Shown one piece after another: positions 9,802 to 22,067 of a stretch of DNA of 64,000 bases. The position numbers were made by a program, and so were the translations under genes. The notes below the pieces were generated by a model, which did no database searches, was not told where the DNA came from, and was given only the letters and a program-made list of their open reading frames with translations. The stretch comes from an uncultured Bacteroidia bacterium. Lineage in GTDB: Bacteria > Bacteroidota > Bacteroidia > Bacteroidales > F082. The stretch is taken from contig CACZZO010000010.1 of NCBI GenBank assembly GCA_902785755.1, positions 43,762 through 107,761 on the forward strand, given 5' to 3'. Position 1 is the first letter of the stretch; every line of letters begins with the position of its first letter.

Positions 9802-10962
9802 ATGTATATGACTACTGAAGAATTGAAATCTGTTTTCAAGCAACGCTTTGGTAATGAGGGCGTTGTCTACACTTCGCCTGGGCGTATCAACCTCATCGGC
9901 GAACACACTGACTACAACGGCGGCTTCGTTTTTCCGGGGGCTATTGATTCGGGCATCTACGCTTGCATCCGCCTCAACGGGACGGACAAGGTGCGTGCCT
10001 ACTCCATCGACAAGGAGGACTACCGCGAGTTTGGCCTGAACGAGGAAGACAACCCTCAAATCCACTGGGCCAACTACATCTTCGGCGTGTGCCGCGAAAT
10101 CATCAAGCGGGGCTACAAACTCGAAGGCTTCGACACGGTGTTTTATGGTAATGTGCCGATTGGCGCGGGAATGTCGTCGTCGGCAGCCTTGGAAAGCACT
10201 TTCGCCTTCGCACTCAATGAATTGCTGAACCTCGGCATCGACAAATTCGAGTTGGCGCGTATTGGTCAGGCCACTGAACACAATTATGTTGGCGTGAAGT
10301 GCGGCATTATGGACCAATTTGCCTCACTCTTTGGCAAGGCAGGTCACCTGATGCGCCTCAACTGCGCCACGATGGAGTTTGAGTATTTCCCCTTCAATCC
10401 CAAGGGCTACAAGGTTGTATTGCTTGATACCGTGGTGAAACACGAGTTGGCTTCATCGGCCTACAACAAGCGCCGCGAGTCGTGCGAGAATGCTTGCGCC
10501 CATATCGCTGCCAAGCATCCCGAAGTGAAATATTTGAGCGACGCAACGATGGAAATGCTCAATGAGGTGAAAAACGAGATTCCCGCCGAGGATTACATGC
10601 GCGCAGAATATGTAATAGGTGAAAAGCAGCGCGTCCTCGATGTGTGCAATGCCTTGGAAAAAGGTGATTATGAAACCGTTGGCGAGCGCATGTACGGCAC
10701 GCATTACGGCATGAGCAAGCTCTACGAGGTGAGTTGTGAGGAATTGGATTTCCTCAACGATATTGCCAAGGAATGTGGCGTGACAGGTTCGCGCGTGATG
10801 GGCGGCGGCTTCGGCGGTTGCACCATCAATTTGGTGAAAGAAGGTCTGTATGAGGCATTTATCGCCACGGCCAAGGAGAAATTCGCGGACAAATACGGAC
10901 ACGAACCGAAGGTTTATGATGTGGTGATTTCGGACGGCGCAAGAAGATTAAATAACGAATAA
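9802..10962 (+). CDS. galK: galactokinase
   Basis: 386 aa. GRINLIGEHTDYNGGFV galactokinase signature and the GHMP motif PIGAGMSSSAA. Confidence 0.95.
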   Translation: MYMTTEELKSVFKQRFGNEGVVYTSPGRINLIGEHTDYNGGFVFPGAIDSGIYACIRLNGTDKVRAYSIDKEDYREFGLNEEDNPQIHWANYIFGVCREIIKRGYKLEGFDTVFYGNVPIGAGMSSSAALESTFAFALNELLNLGIDKFELARIGQATEHNYVGVKCGIMDQFASLFGKAGHLMRLNCATMEFEYFPFNPKGYKVVLLDTVVKHELASSAYNKRRESCENACAHIAAKHPEVKYLSDATMEMLNEVKNEIPAEDYMRAEYVIGEKQRVLDVCNALEKGDYETVGERMYGTHYGMSKLYEVSCEELDFLNDIAKECGVTGSRVMGGGFGGCTINLVKEGLYEAFIATAKEKFADKYGHEPKVYDVVISDGARRLNNE

Positions 10963-11096
10963 ATTATGGTATGCCCTACGGGCAGAAATCATTCAAAATC
11001 TAATCAAAAATCTCACAAAATGTTTAAACATAAAGATATTGAAAGGATTTTTGAAAGATTTCTCGCCAAAGGCGATAAAAATAAAAACAACATACA

Positions 11097-12002
11097 ATGA
11101 AACCAACATTATTAGTTTTAGCAGCAGGCATGGGCTCGCGTTATGGTGCCCTGAAACAGATGGACGGTGTCGGTCCCAACAACGAAGCCATCCTTGATTA
11201 TTCCATTTACGACGCCAAGCGCGCCGGTTTCGGCAAGGTGGTCTTCGTCATCCGCGAGGACTTCGCCGAGGCCTTCAAGAAAGTGAACAACACGGAGAAA
11301 TTCGGCATCCCCGTGGAGTATGTGTACCAATCACTTGACAAATTGCCGGAAGGATTCAGCGTTCCCGAAGGGCGCGTGAAACCTTGGGGCACCTGCCACG
11401 CCGTGCTGATGGCCAAGGACGTGATTCACGAGCCCTTTGCCGCCATCAACGCAGACGATTTCTATGGCAAGGAAGCCTACGAGGTCTTGGCCAAGTATCT
11501 CATGGAATGTGATGGTAAAAAAGGCGCTTACAGCATGGTCGCCTACAAACTGCGCAACACCATGTCAGACTTCGGCACGGTGAGTCGCGGTATTTGCACT
11601 GCCGACGCGGAAGGCAACCTTCAGACCATCGTCGAGCGCACAGCCATCGGACACACCGAAGACGGTGGCGCGGCCTACACCGACGAAACTGGCTCGCATC
11701 CACTTGACATGGATTCCCTCGTTTCGATGAACTTCTTCGGCTTTACGCCCGACTTCTTTGAATATTCGGAGAAGGGTTTCGTCGAGTTCCTGAAAGGCCC
11801 TGCCCAAACCAACATCAAGGCGGAGTTTTTCATTCCGCTGATGGTGAACCAAAGCATCCACGACGGTTCGGCCAAACTGAAGGTGCTGTCGAGCAACGCT
11901 TCATGGTTCGGCGTGACCTACAAGGAAGACAAGCCCGAAGTGATGCGGAAGATTCGCGAACTGATTGAAAAGGGAGTTTACCCTAATAAGTTATGGAGTT
12001 AA
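11097..12002 (+). CDS. sugar-phosphate nucleotidyltransferase (NTP_transferase fold), specificity unknown
   Basis: 301 aa. N-terminal LVLAAGMGSRYG..K nucleotide-binding loop. It sits between galK and galM. Confidence 0.75.
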   Translation: MKPTLLVLAAGMGSRYGALKQMDGVGPNNEAILDYSIYDAKRAGFGKVVFVIREDFAEAFKKVNNTEKFGIPVEYVYQSLDKLPEGFSVPEGRVKPWGTCHAVLMAKDVIHEPFAAINADDFYGKEAYEVLAKYLMECDGKKGAYSMVAYKLRNTMSDFGTVSRGICTADAEGNLQTIVERTAIGHTEDGGAAYTDETGSHPLDMDSLVSMNFFGFTPDFFEYSEKGFVEFLKGPAQTNIKAEFFIPLMVNQSIHDGSAKLKVLSSNASWFGVTYKEDKPEVMRKIRELIEKGVYPNKLWS

Positions 12003-12003
12003 A

Positions 12004-12086
12004 AATGCGGAATTATGAATGCGGAATGCGGAATCCGCAATGCGACGCTGGGCTTCGCCCTATTCCGCATTCCGAATTCCGAATTA
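12004..12086. repeat. inverted array of GCGGAAT words forming a long hairpin between the nucleotidyltransferase gene and galM
   Basis: CGGAATGCGGAAT (12022-12034) pairs perfectly with ATTCCGCATTCCG (12062-12074). The outer AATGCGGAATT/AATTCCGAATT pairing extends the stem. Confidence 0.7.
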
Positions 12087-12096
12087 AACAAAAGCA

Positions 12097-13149
12097 ATGA
12101 ACATCGAAGTAAAAACTTGGGGAAAAACCCCTGACAATAAAGACATTAAACTTTACACCCTGACTAATGCCAACGGTGTGAAGGTGCAGTTGAGCGACAT
12201 CGGCGCGGGCATCGTGAGCATTGTCACGCCCGACCGCTACGGACACATGGAAGACATCGCCCTCGGCTATCCCCATCCGTGGGATTACTACAACGACGGT
12301 CCATGCGCGGGCAAAACTCCCGGACGCTTTGCCAACCGTATCGGCTACGGTCGCTTCAAGATCGACGACAAGGAATACCAGCTTGAGCAGAACAAAGACG
12401 GCAAACACCACCTCCACGGCGGCAGCATCGGATTTGCTAACCAGAAGTGGGCCAGCCGCATCAATGGCGAGAGCGTCGTTTTCACCTACCTTTCTGCCGA
12501 CGGCGAGGCTGGCTATCCCGCCGAGTTGGTGTCGAAAGTATACTACACCCTCAACGATGAGAACGAGTTGAACATCCGCTTGTGCGCCTATTCTTCGGCC
12601 ACAACCATCGTCAACCTGACCAACCACACCTATTTTAATTTAAAAGGCGAAGGCAACGGCGACATCCTCGACCATAAACTGCGCCTGAACGCCTCGCGCT
12701 TCCTACCTGCCACCGAGGAGCTCATCACCACAGGCGAAATGCGTCAAGTGGCTGACACCCCGATGGATTTCACCGAAGGCAAACTCATCGGGCGCGACAT
12801 CAAGGAGCCCTATCCCGACCTCATCAACGGCAAGGGCTACGACAGCTGCTGGGTCATCGACGGCATTGAGAAGGACAAACTCTGCCTTGCCGCCGAGTTG
12901 TCGCATGAAGATACAGGCCGCATGGTGAAGATTTACACCACACAGCCTGGCATTCAGGTCTATACAGGCAACTGGCTTTCGGGTTGTCCGAAGGGCAAGA
13001 ACGGCCATGTTTACGAGGACTATTCCGGCGTGGCCTTGGAGTGCCAAGCCCTCCCCGACTCACCCAACAAGCCCAACTTCCCGAACACCATTTTGCGCTC
13101 AGGCGAGGAATATTTGGAAACGATTATCTTTAAATTTTCAACGTTATAA
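12097..13149 (+). CDS. galM: aldose 1-epimerase (galactose mutarotase)
   Basis: 350 aa. GRFANRI...F..D...Y.L..N.....HLHGG motifs of the aldose-1-epimerase family. Confidence 0.9.
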   Translation: MNIEVKTWGKTPDNKDIKLYTLTNANGVKVQLSDIGAGIVSIVTPDRYGHMEDIALGYPHPWDYYNDGPCAGKTPGRFANRIGYGRFKIDDKEYQLEQNKDGKHHLHGGSIGFANQKWASRINGESVVFTYLSADGEAGYPAELVSKVYYTLNDENELNIRLCAYSSATTIVNLTNHTYFNLKGEGNGDILDHKLRLNASRFLPATEELITTGEMRQVADTPMDFTEGKLIGRDIKEPYPDLINGKGYDSCWVIDGIEKDKLCLAAELSHEDTGRMVKIYTTQPGIQVYTGNWLSGCPKGKNGHVYEDYSGVALECQALPDSPNKPNFPNTILRSGEEYLETIIFKFSTL

Positions 13150-13155
13150 TGAAAA

Positions 13156-13309
13156 GGAACTACGAATCAAACGAATTAAGCGAATATATTGTAATTATGG
13201 TTTAACAGATGAAGCTGCGTATTTTTACTAATTCGTACAAATCCGCAACAAAGTTGCAAAATCTATCTCAATCAATTCGTGTCATTCGTGAAACGTGAAA
13301 TTCGTAGTT
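13156..13309. repeat. inverted arrays of CGAAT / ATTCG words between galM and gluP
   Basis: Left array: ctACGAATcaaACGAATtaagCGAAT. Right array: caATTCGTgtcATTCGTgaaacgtgaaATTCGTAGtt. The terminal AACTACGAAT/ATTCGTAGTT pair perfectly. Confidence 0.6.
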
Positions 13310-13344
13310 AAGTAATTCATGTAAAATCTTTAAAATAAAAAATA

Positions 13345-14634
13345 ATGAGTACAAAAACGAAACAATGGGGCGCCATCATCGTCATGATCGCCCTGTTCGC
13401 CATGATCGCTTTCGTGACCAACCTCTGCTCACCGATGGCCGTCATCGTGAAAAACCAATTCGGCGCCAGCAACTTCCTGTCGCAAATCGGCAACTACGGC
13501 AACTTCATCGCCTACCTCGTCATGGGTATCCCTTCAGGTATGCTGATTAAGAAATTCGGCTACAAAAAGACCGCACTGATGGCCCTTGCCGTGGGCATTG
13601 TCGGTATCCTCGTGCAATGGGCCAGCGGCAGCATGGGCTTCGGTGTCTATCTCATCGGTGCCTTCATCGCCGGTTTCTGCATGTGTATGTTGAACACCGT
13701 CGTGAACCCGATGCTGAACCTCCTTGGCGGTGGCGGCAACAAGGGCAACCAACTCATCCAAATCGGCGGCGTGTTCAACTCGGCGGCTGCAGTGGCGGTT
13801 TACATTCTCATGGGTGCGCTCATCGGCGAGGCCACCAAGGCTAAGATTTCCGATGCCACTCCTGCCCTGCTGATTGCCTTGGCCATCTTTGTCATCGGCT
13901 TCATCGTCATCCTCTTTACCAAAATTGATGAGCCACAACAGCCTGTGGAAGTGAAATCGGAAGTGAAAGACAAATACAGTGCCTTCTCGTTCCGCCACTT
14001 CAAACTCGGCATTTTGGCCATCTTCCTTTATGGCGGCATCGAAGTGGGTACGCCGACCTACATCCTTCAGTATCTGACTTCTGAGCCGACAGCAGCCACA
14101 CCCGGCATCGGCATGAGTGGCACTATCGCGGGTCTTATTGTGGCCGTCTATTGGCTGATGATGCTCATCGGGCGTTTCATCGGGGGTGCTATCGGCGGAA
14201 AGGTTTCTTCCAAGGCTATGGTGACCACCGTTTCCATCGCGGCCATCGCCCTTGTGCTGTTTGGTATGCTTGCTCCGCAAACTTGGCAAGTCAAAGTCCC
14301 TGGCATCGACTGGGCCAATTTGAAGGTGATTTGGGCGCAAGTCCCCGTTGGCATCTTCGCCTTCATCCTCGTAGGTCTTTGCACCTCCGTGATGTGGGGC
14401 GCCATCTTCAACCTTGCTACCGAAGGCCTCGGTAAATACACAGCCATCGCCTCTGGTGCCTTTATGACTATGGTCTTCGGCTTCGCCATCATGGTGGGTC
14501 TGCAAGGCCTCGTCGCCGACTGGACGGGCAGCTACATGACCAGTTATGTGGTCGTTCTGTTCTGCGCCGCCTACATCCTCTTCTACGCCCTCGTGGGTTC
14601 GAAGAACGTGAACAAGGACATCCCAGTCGACTAA
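13345..14634 (+). CDS. gluP: MFS sugar:H+ symporter, glucose/galactose (GluP/FucP-type) transporter
   Basis: 429 aa with about 12 hydrophobic helices. The N-terminal region is typical of the FucP/GluP subfamily, and the gene lies in the gal cluster. Confidence 0.8.
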   Translation: MSTKTKQWGAIIVMIALFAMIAFVTNLCSPMAVIVKNQFGASNFLSQIGNYGNFIAYLVMGIPSGMLIKKFGYKKTALMALAVGIVGILVQWASGSMGFGVYLIGAFIAGFCMCMLNTVVNPMLNLLGGGGNKGNQLIQIGGVFNSAAAVAVYILMGALIGEATKAKISDATPALLIALAIFVIGFIVILFTKIDEPQQPVEVKSEVKDKYSAFSFRHFKLGILAIFLYGGIEVGTPTYILQYLTSEPTAATPGIGMSGTIAGLIVAVYWLMMLIGRFIGGAIGGKVSSKAMVTTVSIAAIALVLFGMLAPQTWQVKVPGIDWANLKVIWAQVPVGIFAFILVGLCTSVMWGAIFNLATEGLGKYTAIASGAFMTMVFGFAIMVGLQGLVADWTGSYMTSYVVVLFCAAYILFYALVGSKNVNKDIPVD

Positions 14635-14660
14635 TTGCTTTGTCCAAGTCCCACAAGAAG

Positions 14661-14691
14661 AAAGGGGATTGCCAACCAGCAGTCCCCTTTT
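14661..14691. terminator. bidirectional terminator between convergent gluP and the OMP gene
   Basis: AAAGGGGA-14 nt-TCCCCTTT. The A/T runs on both sides are part of the stem. Confidence 0.65.
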
Positions 14692-14714
14692 GTTGTTTAT
14701 GATAGATGTAATCC

Positions 14715-15434
14715 TCAGAAACTGAATCCGATGCGAGCCAGAATCATCATGGGTCTGATAGAAGAACCATTAGGCATTGGAGTTGTGATGATGTTGCCGG
14801 TTTTTTCTGCCTTCACAGTGGCTTTACCCAAGTTATAGAAACTGCAACCAATCACCAAGTTCTTCGCCACTTCCAAACCAGCACCCACTTGAAAAGCAAA
14901 ACTCAAAGCGGTTTCGTAATTGACATTTCCAGTGTGCTTTTCACCCAAAACATCCTTGTAGCTCTCGGAATAATTGGTGATGAAGCGGGCATCACCACCA
15001 GCACCGGCCTCGATAAACAAGCCCAAATTAGAGTTGAAGTGATGCATGTAATTCAAGCCCAACATCACGGGAACATTGAAATACTTAGGAGTGGATATTG
15101 TGACATTGTTTCCCAAAAGATCCAATGCGTTTTCCCTGTTTTTGTAGAAATTCTTCGCGCCATCATTAAGGCCATTATAAAAACCGTCTATTGAAAGCAG
15201 CACTCCCAAACCGGGAACTCCCATGTTGAAATACCATTTGACACCTGCATTGAATCCCAACGAGGCTGCGGCATCATCCTCGTCAGATATCAAAGCGAAT
15301 CCGTCATCATATTCTGCATAATCTTTCATCGGGAAAGCAGCACTCAGAAACATGGCACCACGTGTTTGTGCCACAGCCTGACCGCAAAACACCATCGCAG
15401 CGGCCAATGCGAAAACTTTTACTAATTTGTTCAT
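14715..15434 (-). CDS. outer-membrane beta-barrel protein (small porin/OmpW-like), hypothetical
   Basis: 239 aa. Signal peptide ...CGQAVAQ, alternating amphipathic strands, and a C-terminal aromatic residue (IGFSF). Confidence 0.6.
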   Translation of the reverse strand: MNKLVKVFALAAAMVFCGQAVAQTRGAMFLSAAFPMKDYAEYDDGFALISDEDDAAASLGFNAGVKWYFNMGVPGLGVLLSIDGFYNGLNDGAKNFYKNRENALDLLGNNVTISTPKYFNVPVMLGLNYMHHFNSNLGLFIEAGAGGDARFITNYSESYKDVLGEKHTGNVNYETALSFAFQVGAGLEVAKNLVIGCSFYNLGKATVKAEKTGNIITTPMPNGSSIRPMMILARIGFSF

Positions 15435-15505
15435 TTTTTAATAGTTTAAGATTATTTTAATATTCCAAATTGAGTTATAACGCGGCAAAATTACAAAAAC
15501 TTTCG

Positions 15506-15513
15506 TATTTTTG
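15506..15513 (+). promoter_or_regulatory. -7 box TATTTTTG
   Basis: 19 nt upstream of ATG 15533. Confidence 0.5.
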
Positions 15514-15532
15514 CGCTTCAAACAAAACAATT

Positions 15533-18306
<2,774 letters not shown>

Positions 18307-18327
18307 GTGCGTATCAAGAAAAAGTGC

Positions 18328-18335
18328 TATATTTG
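18328..18335 (+). promoter_or_regulatory. -7 box TATATTTG for the small TA-like pair
   Basis: 20 nt upstream of ATG 18356. Confidence 0.5.
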
Positions 18336-18355
18336 CGGAGTAATATAAGTGTATT

Positions 18356-18511
18356 ATGAGTTACGAATTAACTGAAAAAGAAACCGTTATGGTTGCTGAT
18401 ACCGAAAAGCCTTTGAGCCGAAAGGTGTTGGAAAGCAAGTGCTACTCTTTGGAGGAATCCAAAAGACTGCTGCTGAAAAAGGTTCACCACCATTACCACC
18501 CGGAGAAATGA
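18356..18511 (+). CDS. candidate antitoxin (51 aa), hypothetical
   Basis: My translation is MSYELTEKETVMVADTEKPLSRKVLESKCYSLEESKRLLLKKVHHHYHPEK. It starts 20 nt after a TATATTTG box, and its stop overlaps the next start (ATGA at 18508-18511). It is too short for the ORF track. Confidence 0.4.
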   Translation: MSYELTEKETVMVADTEKPLSRKVLESKCYSLEESKRLLLKKVHHHYHPEK

Positions 18512-18819
18512 GGGTCTTTATTGACAAAGAGGTACATCTTCAGATTGAAGCATTTTATGAGGCTGCAATGAGACATCATATTACTCTTGATGAAGCAACT
18601 GTCATCAAAAAGATTGACAGATTGTATGATGCAATGGAATCACTTGGCACATACGCAGAGATTTATCCTCTTGCTCGATTGAATAGTGACTGGATTTCAA
18701 AAGGCTATCAAGAGTTCATCTGCGAAGACTTCCATTTTGCATACAAAATCCACACTATGGACGACGGAGAAAGAATTGTATGGATACATGATGCCGTTCA
18801 TAGTTTGTTGTATCATTAA
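18508..18819 (+). CDS. candidate ParE/RelE-superfamily toxin (103 aa)
   Basis: Same frame as track ORF 18439-18819. Starting at ATG 18508 gives MRVFIDKEVHLQIEAFYEAA...YQEFICEDFHFAYKIHTMDDGERIVWIHDAVHSLL. The size and the C-terminal ..Y.I......I.I..I.H pattern resemble ParE/RelE toxins. Confidence 0.45.
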   Translation: MRVFIDKEVHLQIEAFYEAAMRHHITLDEATVIKKIDRLYDAMESLGTYAEIYPLARLNSDWISKGYQEFICEDFHFAYKIHTMDDGERIVWIHDAVHSLLYH

Positions 18820-18825
18820 ATTTAC

Positions 18826-18833
18826 TACCTTTG
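18826..18833 (+). promoter_or_regulatory. -7 box TACCTTTG for eno
   Basis: 58 nt upstream of ATG 18892. The predicted leader consists of the TTGAAAT tandem words. Confidence 0.55.
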
Positions 18834-18840
18834 CACCTCA

Positions 18841-20199
<1,359 letters not shown>

Positions 20200-20223
20200 A
20201 TAGTTTCTGACATTTATATTGAG

Positions 20224-20250
20224 CCCCGATATCCTTCACGACTATCGGGG
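20224..20250. terminator. hairpin between convergent eno and abiEii
   Basis: CCCCGATA-11 nt-TATCGGGG, with a T-rich tract after it on the plus strand. Confidence 0.55.
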
Positions 20251-20284
20251 TTCAATGTTTATAATTGATCGATTCAATCCATTC

Positions 20285-21079
20285 TTATTTCTGCAACCTA
20301 TCAATCAGAGTTTCCTTCACAACTTGGTAGGCAGTCAAAGGGTCAAATGGCAATTCCGGACGGAGCAAGCCTGTTGTATCGCCTAAAAACTCCTCGTCAT
20401 TCAGTTTGGCTTCCATATTATTGACAAACTGCTTGTAAGTGGGCGGCTTCTCTACCATGAATGTCATGTATCGGTTGTAGCATTGGATGATTTCATCAGC
20501 ATCATAATGCCCTTCGGTAAGCCCGACATACAAATCAAATAGGTCGCGGCCCTTCCTGCGCTGATACAATGCCCTCATTTTGGTGCCCAGCAATTCATTG
20601 AACTGATAGGTAGTCAGTTCGGCTTGCCCTGTGAACCAACTATTCTCAACCGAAAAAGGCTTCTTGACCAATCCCAACACATCAAAATGCTCATAGCAGT
20701 TGATTTCCACCTTCAGGCGAATGGGAACGGTAGGAGGTATCTCGGACTCCATGCGGAAAAGCATCGTGTTGTTGTAACGCTTGGGCTTGGTCACGCGGTC
20801 AGGCATAAAATCCAGAACTTCGCCAAGTCGAAACAGAATGTCCTTGATAGGCCCAGGACGAATTTGCACAAGGTCAATGTCCTCGCTATAGCGCGGCTGC
20901 GGCGAAAGATACAACTTGTGCAAGGCCGTTCCCCCGCGAAAGGCCAACTGCGAGGCGAGAAAATCGTCGTTATAAATGGCCACGAGTGAGCGACAGATGA
21001 GTAGGTCTTGCTCGACCTGTGCAATGCTATCCCAGGGCTTCTGCTTTCTCCATTGTGTAATTGCTGATTCGTCTATCAT
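20285..21079 (-). CDS. abiEii: AbiEii/AbiGii-family nucleotidyltransferase toxin (type IV TA, DUF1814)
   Basis: 264 aa. The FRGGTALHKLYL...RYSEDIDL motif pair is characteristic of AbiEii nucleotidyltransferases. It overlaps the upstream partner by 4 nt. Confidence 0.85.
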   Translation of the reverse strand: MIDESAITQWRKQKPWDSIAQVEQDLLICRSLVAIYNDDFLASQLAFRGGTALHKLYLSPQPRYSEDIDLVQIRPGPIKDILFRLGEVLDFMPDRVTKPKRYNNTMLFRMESEIPPTVPIRLKVEINCYEHFDVLGLVKKPFSVENSWFTGQAELTTYQFNELLGTKMRALYQRRKGRDLFDLYVGLTEGHYDADEIIQCYNRYMTFMVEKPPTYKQFVNNMEAKLNDEEFLGDTTGLLRPELPFDPLTAYQVVKETLIDRLQK

Positions 21080-21900
21080 AAGTCATCTACTTCTATTTGT
21101 GAATTAATAATGATTTTCCATCGCTTGTCGCGTTCTGCATCAGTGCCACAGGATGCAAAATGACTTAACGGCACATATCCAAACCGTTTGCCGGAACGAA
21201 CCAGCAAATCATAAAGGCCATCGGCCATTTTTTGTTCCAATATCACATGCTCCAATATGAAGCCAAGGCGTTGCATGGTTGAAACCGTAGTGTATTCCAG
21301 CATCTCTTCCGTGAATTTTGAAACATTCATTACCTCAACAAGTTCCATAAGAACCGTTGCCGCCCTTGATAGCCCTCCAATGCTTCGGGCAAATTGAACC
21401 AAATCGATAGCCGTCATTTCTGGATTGGAGAACTTTATCGTGCCCGTTTCCGTGTTTTTGTTTTGCAGAAACGAATGGGGGATTCTTTTTCTGAACTGCC
21501 AAACAAGAAGCGAATTCCTTTTTTGTGACGATTGGAAAGTGGGGAATTCCGTTGTAACATAAAACTTTTGTGGACGCTGGTGCGCCGCTCCCAACAACTC
21601 GCCGGCACTTAACAGGCTCATATAGTAGGGCTTGTTCAAATACCGCATCAAATGGTCAATGTAATAATAAGGTGGCACGACGCCCTTCGCCGCATAATGG
21701 GGCGGGATGATGACATAGAACCGCTTATAGGGCGATGTGATGACCTTTTGGCTCGCCAAACGGTACAACTCGTTGCTAATCACTTGCTCCGACAAGTTTG
21801 TATACGTGTTCCTCACTTCCTCATACGAGAAGGTTGAAAGCCCGCTTATTGACCGTTCATATATCCAATTCCTAATTGTCATTGCAGAAATTTTCTGCAA
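21076..21900 (-). CDS. abiEi: AbiEi-family antitoxin/transcriptional regulator (type IV TA)
   Basis: 274 aa. N-terminal wHTH-like region (TFSYEEVRNTYTNLSEQVISNELYRLASQKVITSPYKRFYVIIPP). It lies immediately upstream of abiEii with a 4-nt overlap. Confidence 0.8.
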   Translation of the reverse strand: MQKISAMTIRNWIYERSISGLSTFSYEEVRNTYTNLSEQVISNELYRLASQKVITSPYKRFYVIIPPHYAAKGVVPPYYYIDHLMRYLNKPYYMSLLSAGELLGAAHQRPQKFYVTTEFPTFQSSQKRNSLLVWQFRKRIPHSFLQNKNTETGTIKFSNPEMTAIDLVQFARSIGGLSRAATVLMELVEVMNVSKFTEEMLEYTTVSTMQRLGFILEHVILEQKMADGLYDLLVRSGKRFGYVPLSHFASCGTDAERDKRWKIIINSQIEVDDL

Positions 21901-22019
21901 AGATAATCATTTTTTGATTAGGTTTGCAATATTTTTTTTGCTGAATTGTGTATTTTTCTTCCTCTCCCCTTACAATTTCCAATTTCTTCGTATAGTTGCC
22001 CTGTTTAATACAAAAACGC

Positions 22020-22049
22020 AAAAAGCCTGCCCAAACGGACAGGCTTTTT
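22020..22049 (-). terminator. terminator after the 22068-22823 lipoprotein gene
   Basis: AAAAAGCCTG-cccaaacgga-CAGGCTTTTT, symmetrical with A and T runs. Confidence 0.65.
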
Positions 22050-22067
22050 GCATAGTACCAAAAACCT

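Noticed and set aside
11030-11101. Small ORF (MFKHKDIERIFERFLAKGDKNKNNIQ) between galK and the nucleotidyltransferase gene, overlapping the next start.
   Set aside because: It is only about 26 codons with no recognisable family. The spacer also contains small hairpins (TGCCC-tac-GGGCA and TCGCC-aaa-GGCGA) that explain the sequence equally well. It cannot be supported from sequence alone.
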